From the NCBI GenBank assembly GCA_000004695.1, contig CM000152.2, forward strand, positions 4,832,001-4,896,000: a stretch of 64,000 bases of DNA, read 5' to 3'. Position 1 is the stretch's first letter, and each line of letters opens with the position of its first letter. Positions 60,361 to 64,000 of this stretch are shown here, in pieces. Source of the DNA: Dictyostelium discoideum (lineage: Eukaryota). Both the position numbers and the translations under genes were made by a program. Under the pieces are notes generated by a model. It did not search any database. It had not been told where the DNA came from and worked only from the letters and a program-made list of their open reading frames with translations.

Positions 60361-60894
60361 TCAAAAAAAGAAATATTATCAATATATAATATTTTTATTT
60401 AGATTATTTTAAATAAATTATTGAAAAGAAAAAAAAAAAAAAAACTTTTTAAATTAAATTATTTGTTTTTCATTTAAATATCTTATTATAAGTTATCATT
60501 TTTGTGAGAATTCAAGGATAATTTAAGAGTGTTTGTCTAATTTTATTCAAAGAATTATTTTTTATTTTTTAATTATTTATTTAATTTTAAATTCTCTTTA
60601 AATTTTAAACTAGGATTTTATTTTACTTTTTTTTTTTTTTTTTAAAAATTTTATTATGTACAATAAAATTTATATACAACTACATATTACTACAAATTTT
60701 TACAATTAAATAAATTATTGGAAGAGTTCGAACCAATAAGATAAGTTTCTTTTTTTTTTTTTTTTTTTTTTTTTAAACTGTTTAGGCGTTTAGGTTGAGT
60801 TTATGTTTTTTTTTTTAATAAATTAAAATGGAAAACTAAATGTAAAAGGTAAATTATATTTTTAAGATTGTTACTAAATATAGGTAATGATTGA

Positions 60895-62533
60895 TTAGTT
60901 ATAAACACTTTGTCCAACTCTTGGAATCATTGCCATTAACCAAATCATAGCTAATAAACCCATTGTGCATGAACCATAAATAAGCCAAGTCATAAATGAT
61001 AGTTTATGAGATTTCATCCAATCCCAAGTTGTTTTAATTGGAAGTCTATAATATTTAGTTTCAATATAGGTACAGGTAATTTCAACACCAAAATCCAAGA
61101 AAATTGATAATAATGATTGAATGAATAAAGTTAATGGTACAACAGTAGAACCTTCGAGAACATGGAATACATGTTTATGTTTTGAAAACATGAAAACAAA
61201 CAATGGGGCTGTAATAAGACCAGAGAAATCTAAAGCTGTTTGAATATTTAAGATGGCAGCTCTTAATTGTAAACTTTCTTGAGAGTAAACTTGTTTTACA
61301 GCTCTGGATTTGTCATAAAGAAATGTGAAAAACCATTCATCTCTTTTTAAAGCAATTGAACGTAGGAAAATATCTTCAATGGCCGACACGCAAATACCAA
61401 TATAAGTTAGTTGAGTACTACCACTATCATCAAAGGTGAATACAAAGATTTTGCCCAAAGTTTGATGATGGAAAAAGGTGTGCAACACAATATTAGTGTT
61501 TAACATAATATCGGTGGTTGAAATATCTCGGTCTAGAAATTGACGTGCAATCATTACAATAACTGTCCAATAAATTGGATGAATAACTAATCTCCAACCA
61601 AGACGGAAGATACTATTTTCAATAGTAAGATAAACTGGAATTAAAAAGAACATATATACAAGACTAAATAAGGTTACCACAATATCCGGGGCTGCGTAAT
61701 TATAAGCTGTCCAAACACTTTTCATGGTACACACTACACTTCTTTCAGCTTTTTGGATAACATTTGACATTCTAAATGAGAATATTACCTCTACAAATGA
61801 AAATATTAAAACCACTGAAACAACATCTAAATAATAATACCAATATCTAATTTCTTTAACTGCAAAAACAACATATAATACAATAAACCCAATTCCAATA
61901 CTTGTACCATAAATTATAATTCTAGCATCTTTTACTCTTTCAATTCCATAACTAGCAATAAAGCCACCTACAACATATAAAGGACCAAAAAATATCTATT
62001 TTTTTAAAAATGAAAAAATGAAAAAAATTAAAAATTAATATTGATTTTTAATTGTAAATAAATAAATAAAACTTACACTTGAAATTATAAAAAATATATT
62101 ATATGTTTTTTCATTAAAACCAGCGGGACCATTGGACCAATCAGGAAGAGAAAGTAAAATTATTAATAAACCAACAACAGCAGCCACAATGATACCAAAT
62201 AAATAACGCTCTGCAATTAATCTTAGGGTCTTTAATCCTCTCCAACCTATTTCACCATCTTCCATTTCATTTGGAGTATTAATATCCATTTCTTTCATTT
62301 TACCATTTTTTTCATTTTCTTCTCCTTTTGTTTCACTATCTTCAAAATTTTTCAATTTATCTTCATTATAACTACTACAAACACTACTATCCATTTTTGA
62401 AATTCTCAATCTTTCACAGCTACCGACCATTGAACTATTAGACATAATATCCTCTGTTGACATCCCCAAATTTGAATATGGAGACCCTATTAAATTTTGA
62501 TCATTACTAATTTTAATTTCATTTTTTATTTCT

Positions 62534-62610
<77 letters not shown>

Positions 62611-62703
62611 TATATTATTATTATTTATATTATTATTATTATAATTTTCGATGTTGTTAGTTAAACCAGGGTCAATAGTTATATTTAAATTATTATTCTC
62701 CAT
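60895..62703 (-). CDS. multi-pass transmembrane protein (575 aa), family not recognised; exons 62077..62703, 60895..61995
   Basis: ATG at 62703 (MENNNLNITIDPG..., polyN, acidic region, then TM helices LRLIAERYLFGIIVAAVVGLLIILLSL...). Donor GTAAGT at 62076, 81-nt intron, acceptor AATAG. Exon 2 (IFFGPLYVVGGFIASYGIERVKDARIIIYGTSIGIGFIVLYVVFAVKEIRYWYYYLDVVSVVLIFSFVEV...) continues into ORF 60895..61815, whose M in the track is a GTG. At least 8 predicted TM helices. Confidence 0.7.
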
Positions 62704-64000
62704 TTAGTGTATACTTTAAGATAATATAAATTTGTAAAAAAAAAAATATATTAATAAATGAAAATATTTTCTGTTAAAAAATAAAAATAAAAATATAAAT
62801 AAATTATTAAAAAAAAAAAAAAATTAGTTTGATTTTATTTTTATTTTGTTTTATTTATATTATCTAAACTGTTCCAGATTTGTTCATTTTATTTAAATAA
62901 AAAAATTAATTCCATTAAAACAAAAACAAAAAGGGGTGATAATATTAAAATTAGAAGTGGGGTTAAACCCCAAACAAAAAAAGGGTTGAAATTATTAGAA
63001 CAAATTTGATGATATGTTTCATTATTTTTTTTTTTTTTTTTTTATTTCTAATTATTATATAAAACATTTTGGAATTAATTAATGTTCAATTTTTAAAAAA
63101 TCTAAAAAATCGTTTTAAAACTCTGTTATCTAAGAAATAAAGAAAATTTTGATAAATTTTTGATCAAAAAAAAAAAAAAGAGATCGGGAAAAATATATTT
63201 CTTTTTATAACTAACAAACTAATCTATCTTTAAAGGTGCTGCAATCACAAAAATTAAAAACAATAAGATAATAGGTAAAAAACATCAAATAAAAAAAGAT
63301 GATCGAATTTGGGAACAACAATAGGGTTTATTGGTATCAAAAACGAAAATTATTTTTAAAAAAAAAAAAAATTATTTTTGTAACTAATTCTTTTTGATCT
63401 GGGTTTTATCTTGTGATTATTTTTAAAAAAAAAAAATAACAAAAAAATTTAATAAAATTAAATTATAATAAAAAAAAAAAAAAAAAGTGTGTGGTGTGGT
63501 GATAAGTTTAAATTGAAATTGAAATCCAATTGAGATTTAATAACTTACCCCAATATACACATTAATTAAATAAAAAAAATTAATTTTGCAAAGATAACTA
63601 AAAAAAAAAAATAAAGAAGAAAAAAAAAATAAAAGAATAAATGGTTAATTAAAATAATAAAAAAATTAAAAAAAGAAAATAAAAAAAAAAAGAAACAAAA
63701 AAATTTAGACCAATAAGGATGACGAGTGAACTAAATTATTATAAATGGTTTGAAAAATAGTAACTTTAAACTTTTTTAATGTTCATTTTTGAATGGGTGC
63801 CGTCTCAAAAATATTTTAAGAGGCCATTTTACTTTATTTCAAAATATTCTTTTTGGTTTTTTTTTTTTTTTTTTTTTGACCAATTAAAATAAAATATTTA
63901 CAAACTGTTTGTTGGGTGATATAAAAAAAAAAAAAAAAAATCTTTGAGCAAACCACACCGTACTTTTTAAATTAGTTTAAGGTACTTGATTTTAAACACT

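Noticed and set aside
60715-60740. tRNA T-loop-like GAGTTCGAACC
   Set aside because: There is no acceptor stem, D-arm or anticodon arm in the flanks, which are pure A/T. No tRNA genes were found anywhere in the window.
62944-62970. Hairpin GGGGTTAAACCCC upstream of the membrane-protein gene
   Set aside because: The stem is short (4-5 bp), the element is isolated, and it does not recur. It is noted only as a possible minor promoter element.

Overview
The window is eukaryotic nuclear DNA with every hallmark of Dictyostelium discoideum. AT content is extreme (about 78-80%). Intergenic regions and introns are essentially pure A/T with long homopolymers, and coding regions are rich in poly-Asn, poly-Gln and poly-Ser tracts. 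Introns are short (80-280 nt), AT-rich, GT...AG, and several carry a TACTAAC branch motif. I find no prokaryotic features: no operons, RBS, CRISPR, rRNA or convincing tRNA, so a bacterial or phage system is not present. Reading both strands, I reconstruct about 28 protein-coding genes, most with one to three introns that the raw ORF track splits. They include TRAPPC6, IMP4, a PLD-like HKD protein, a large Rap/RalGAP-like protein (1619 aa), a DEP+PP2C fusion protein, mitoribosomal S29/DAP3 and L34, a ubiquitin-like protein ending in a CaaX box, a ROK-family sugar kinase, a CHTOP-like RGG protein, WAPL, DDX27/Drs1, an FHA-domain CHK2/Rad53-like kinase, a double-H15 winged-helix protein, the WASP-interacting protein WIP, UBC12/UBE2M, a secreted SQ-repeat protein, an RPRD/SCAF-like CID protein followed in frame by an RD/RS-rich ORF, and several small or membrane proteins. 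The ORF track evidently also prints M for TTG/GTG starts (ORFs at 55605, 58141, 61815). The observations most worth a second look are: (1) the CID-domain gene and the downstream RD/RS-rich ORF share one frame and are separated by a single TAA; (2) an unusually GC-rich patch (38567-39074) carries a multiply frameshifted ORF next to a start-less ORF fragment; (3) a GC island with a DUSE-like box and T-run terminators is a candidate small ncRNA; (4) a GC-containing palindromic motif occurs twice 173 bp apart between two genes; (5) a ubiquitin-fold protein ends in a farnesylation box; (6) two gene models only work with 26-27 nt micro-introns; (7) short GC-containing motifs recur in promoter regions. 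Product assignments rest on remembered family motifs, not on database searches.
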